Assembly: GCF_001194135.2 (NCBI RefSeq) | Contig: NC_068982.1 | Location: 120,615,469 to 120,668,917, forward strand | Length of the DNA: 53,449 nt | Reading direction: 5' to 3' | Source: Octopus bimaculoides | Lineage: Eukaryota | Shown here: one piece after another, positions 50,757 to 53,449 of the stretch | Numbering within the stretch: the stretch's first letter is position 1 | Layout: every line of letters starts with the position of its first letter | The notes under the pieces: generated by a model | Databases searched by the model: none | The model's input: only the letters and a program-made list of their open reading frames with translations | Told to the model about the DNA's origin: nothing | Program-made: the position numbers and the translations under genes

Positions 50757-51506
50757 AGTAAATTTACTCAATGAAATTGCCATTGATTTCAACTACGGCC
50801 TCCAGACGACTTCGGAATCTTCTGCAACTCTTCTGGACGGTCTCCTTGTTTAAGTTGGTGAACGATAACATAATCATTGCCTTCAGTTCATCTTTGGTGT
50901 TACAAGGAGTTTTTTTGGTCTCTCGCTCAACTGCACCCACAAGGGGGTTGCAATCTGATGAGTTAGATGGCCAGATTTTAGGGGTGATGTGGTCGCAGAA
51001 ATTGTCTGACAGCCATGACTAGGTTTCTCCTGCTTGTGTGGCATGGTGCAGAGTCCTGTTGCTAGACATAAGGTCTTCCAGCAGCCACCCTCTTGGCCCA
51101 GGCAGATCTACCTCATCCAGGCACTTGATGTAGGCCTCCGTGTTGAATCTGAAGCTGTGTTGGAAGACGAATGGAGGCATAATGTAGCTAACACTAGTGA
51201 TCACTCCAAAAACAATGATGTTGACTGGATGTTTGATGTTTATCACTCTCAGTACATGTCCTCAGATTGACACCCAGACACTCTGAAATGTTCGTACTGG
51301 AGCTTCCGGCGCTAATGCCAAGCAGTACAGCGTTTCGTTTCCAAATTTCTGGCAGAGTGAACTGCATCTGTTTGCTGTTTTTCTCACAGATGGTGTCCAA
51401 CTGACCTTACTATACTGTGTAGTCAACAAAATCAAGAACAAACAATGCAGATACGCGAAATTAATAATATAAAATGGTGACAATTTACCCATCGCACCCT
51501 CTCTGT
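50757..51506 (-). mobile_element. maT/DD37D-type Tc1-mariner transposon, internally deleted
   Basis: Minus translation KHPVNIIVFGVITS..IMPPFVF..FNTEAYIKCLDEV..VAAGRPYV*QQDSAPCHTSRR..SWLSDNFCDHITPKIWPSNSSDCNPL; HTH ISECLGVNLRT. 5' TIR-like gggtgcgatgggtaaattgtcacc near 51500; the third catalytic D region is deleted. Confidence 0.85.
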
Positions 51507-51531
51507 GCGTGTAAATATTTATATATGTGTG

Positions 51532-51589
<58 letters not shown>

Positions 51590-51786
51590 NNNNNNNNNNN
51601 NNNNNNNNNNNNNNNNNNNNNNNNNNNNNNNNNNNNNNNNNNNNNNNNNNNNNNNNNNNNNNNNNNNNNNNNNNNNNNNNNNNNNNNNNNNNNNNNNNNN
51701 NNNNNNNNNNNNNNNNNNNNNNNNNNNNNNNNNNNNNNNNNNNNNNNNNNNNNNNNNNNNNNNNNNNNNNNNNNNNNNNNNNNNNN

Positions 51787-51863
<77 letters not shown>

Positions 51864-52359
51864 TGTGTACAGACAGATAGACACGCACACACATGAATGT
51901 TTGTAAATATACTTATCGGATATTTAGATTTATTTATATATTTATTTATTTGGATCTTCTTAATGCCAATGACTTTTCCAAGACTGCAAAGATCGACGTC
52001 TATCAGGATCATCTACTGGTCAACGTCTGAAGGAATTATATAGGTGGGAAGGGACCTGGCGGTTGGGTCTTAATGCTAACAACCGTGTATATACTGCTGA
52101 AGATAATGACCGGTACGTTAGGACTATCATCTCTCTGGCACAAGGAAACACATTTGTTTTTAAAGGCGATAAAGTTGGTCGTGTCGTTGACCTGTCTGCT
52201 GCTATTATTTAATGAACCATACACAATAACTGGTACACTAGACATTAAAATATAAAATCAGCCTCCTACTATTTAAACTGATAATGTGAGTATTATGTCT
52301 ACCTTCAAAAGCACAACAAAGAAGAATGAAGGGGAAGAACATTAATAACGATATTAATA

Positions 52360-52831
52360 ATCCTTTCTACTAGAGGAACAAGTCCTGAAGTTTTCTGGGA
52401 GTGGTGGGGCGGTTAAGTCGGTTACATCGATCCCAGTACTGAACTGAGGCTTAATTTATCGACCCCGAAAGAATAAAAGGAAAGTGGACCTCGGCACAAT
52501 TTGAACTCAGAACGTAAAGACGCACGAAGTACCGTTAAGCATTTTACCCGGCGTGCTAACGATACTGCCACACGCCGCCATAGCACCTTCCATAATAATA
52601 AAAATAATGATAATCCTTTGTACTATAGGCACAAGGCCTGAAATTTCGGGTGAGAAGACTAATCGATTATATTGAGCCCAGTGTTTCAATGGTACTTAAT
52701 TTATCGACTCCGAAAGGATGAAAGGGGCAAAGTCGACCTTGAACTCAGAACGAATAGACGGACGAAATGCCGCTAAGCATTTTGCCCGGCGTACTAACGA
52801 TTCTGCCAGTTCGCTGCCTTAACAATAATAA

Positions 52832-52925
<94 letters not shown>

Positions 52926-53016
52926 CCTTTCTGCAAAGACACAAGTCCTGAAATTTGGGGGAGAGGCTAGTCGATTGCATCGCCCCCAGCCCCGAAAGGA
53001 TGAAAGGCAGAGTCGA
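52360..53016 (-). mobile_element. Head-to-tail cluster of three family-1 SINEs (52360-52581, 52612-52821, 52924-53016)
   Basis: Each carries the family-1 body; separated by (AAT)n/(AAC)n tails, including the compound repeat 52822-52923. Confidence 0.85.
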
Positions 53017-53024
53017 TAATAGTT

Positions 53025-53449
53025 TAACCAAAGTGGAAAGTATCTGTCCTCAGTCCTTTCAACCTCTTTCGTCCTTTCCTCACGATAGACTCGGCTGTGT
53101 GCATGTAAGACGGTCTCATCACCCTGAACACATCTCGGACAGGTTCGTCTAACAGCACTTCTGTACCTGTACAGCCTGTTTGAGCCGGCAGATCCCACCG
53201 GTTGCATTGCCACGCCAGGAATTTATAGAAATTGTCCTTAAGCCCCGCCCCGAAAGTCCTCCGGAAAATACCAACTAATTTATCCCTCCCGACACCCAGA
53301 GTTTCCCCGATGTCGTCATCGTTCTTGCCCGCCATTAATCCCTCATAGAACTCCAATGTGAAACTTCTAGCGACTACATTACCCGACTGGCAGAGAGCTG
53401 TGAGCGCTTGTTGATACTTTAAGTGCCAAGCACCCTGCTTCGGGCTACG
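53025..53449 (-). mobile_element. L1/Tx1 LINE ORF2 C-terminal fragment (same family as 13962-16370)
   Basis: EFYEGLMAG..DDDIGETLGV..FLAWQCNR; LYRYRSAVRRTCPRCVQGDETVLHA (zf-RVT-like), colinear with 16030-16200. Runs off the window end. Confidence 0.85.

Overview
AT-rich, microsatellite-saturated, gap-rich eukaryotic genomic DNA. The SINE/LINE families and (TG)n/(TA)n/(TACA)n density are most consistent with an octopus (coleoid cephalopod) short-read assembly (inference). No intact host protein-coding gene can be supported, and most listed ORFs are microsatellite or N-gap artefacts. The window is mostly decayed transposons. DNA transposons: a Tigger/pogo fragment, a full-length IR/DR-type Tc1 (DD34E), a mariner (DD34D), a maT-type (DD37D-like) element and a 5'-truncated Academ-like element with an XPG-like motif. 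Retroelements: a Gypsy 5'LTR-PBS-gag-protease fragment, two L1/Tx1 fragments, RTE fragments, R4/Dong fragments, several Penelope-like (PLE) relics and at least three tRNA-derived SINE families. The most notable structure is four direct, diverged copies of a PLE GIY-YIG 3' module (11.3-23.7 kb) that look like an old tandem array later split by other insertions. Hammerhead-like PLE termini, a Helitron-like hairpin end and a few unexplained exon-like islands (10.4-10.6 kb, 34.9-37.5 kb, 52.0-52.2 kb) are flagged as hypotheses only.
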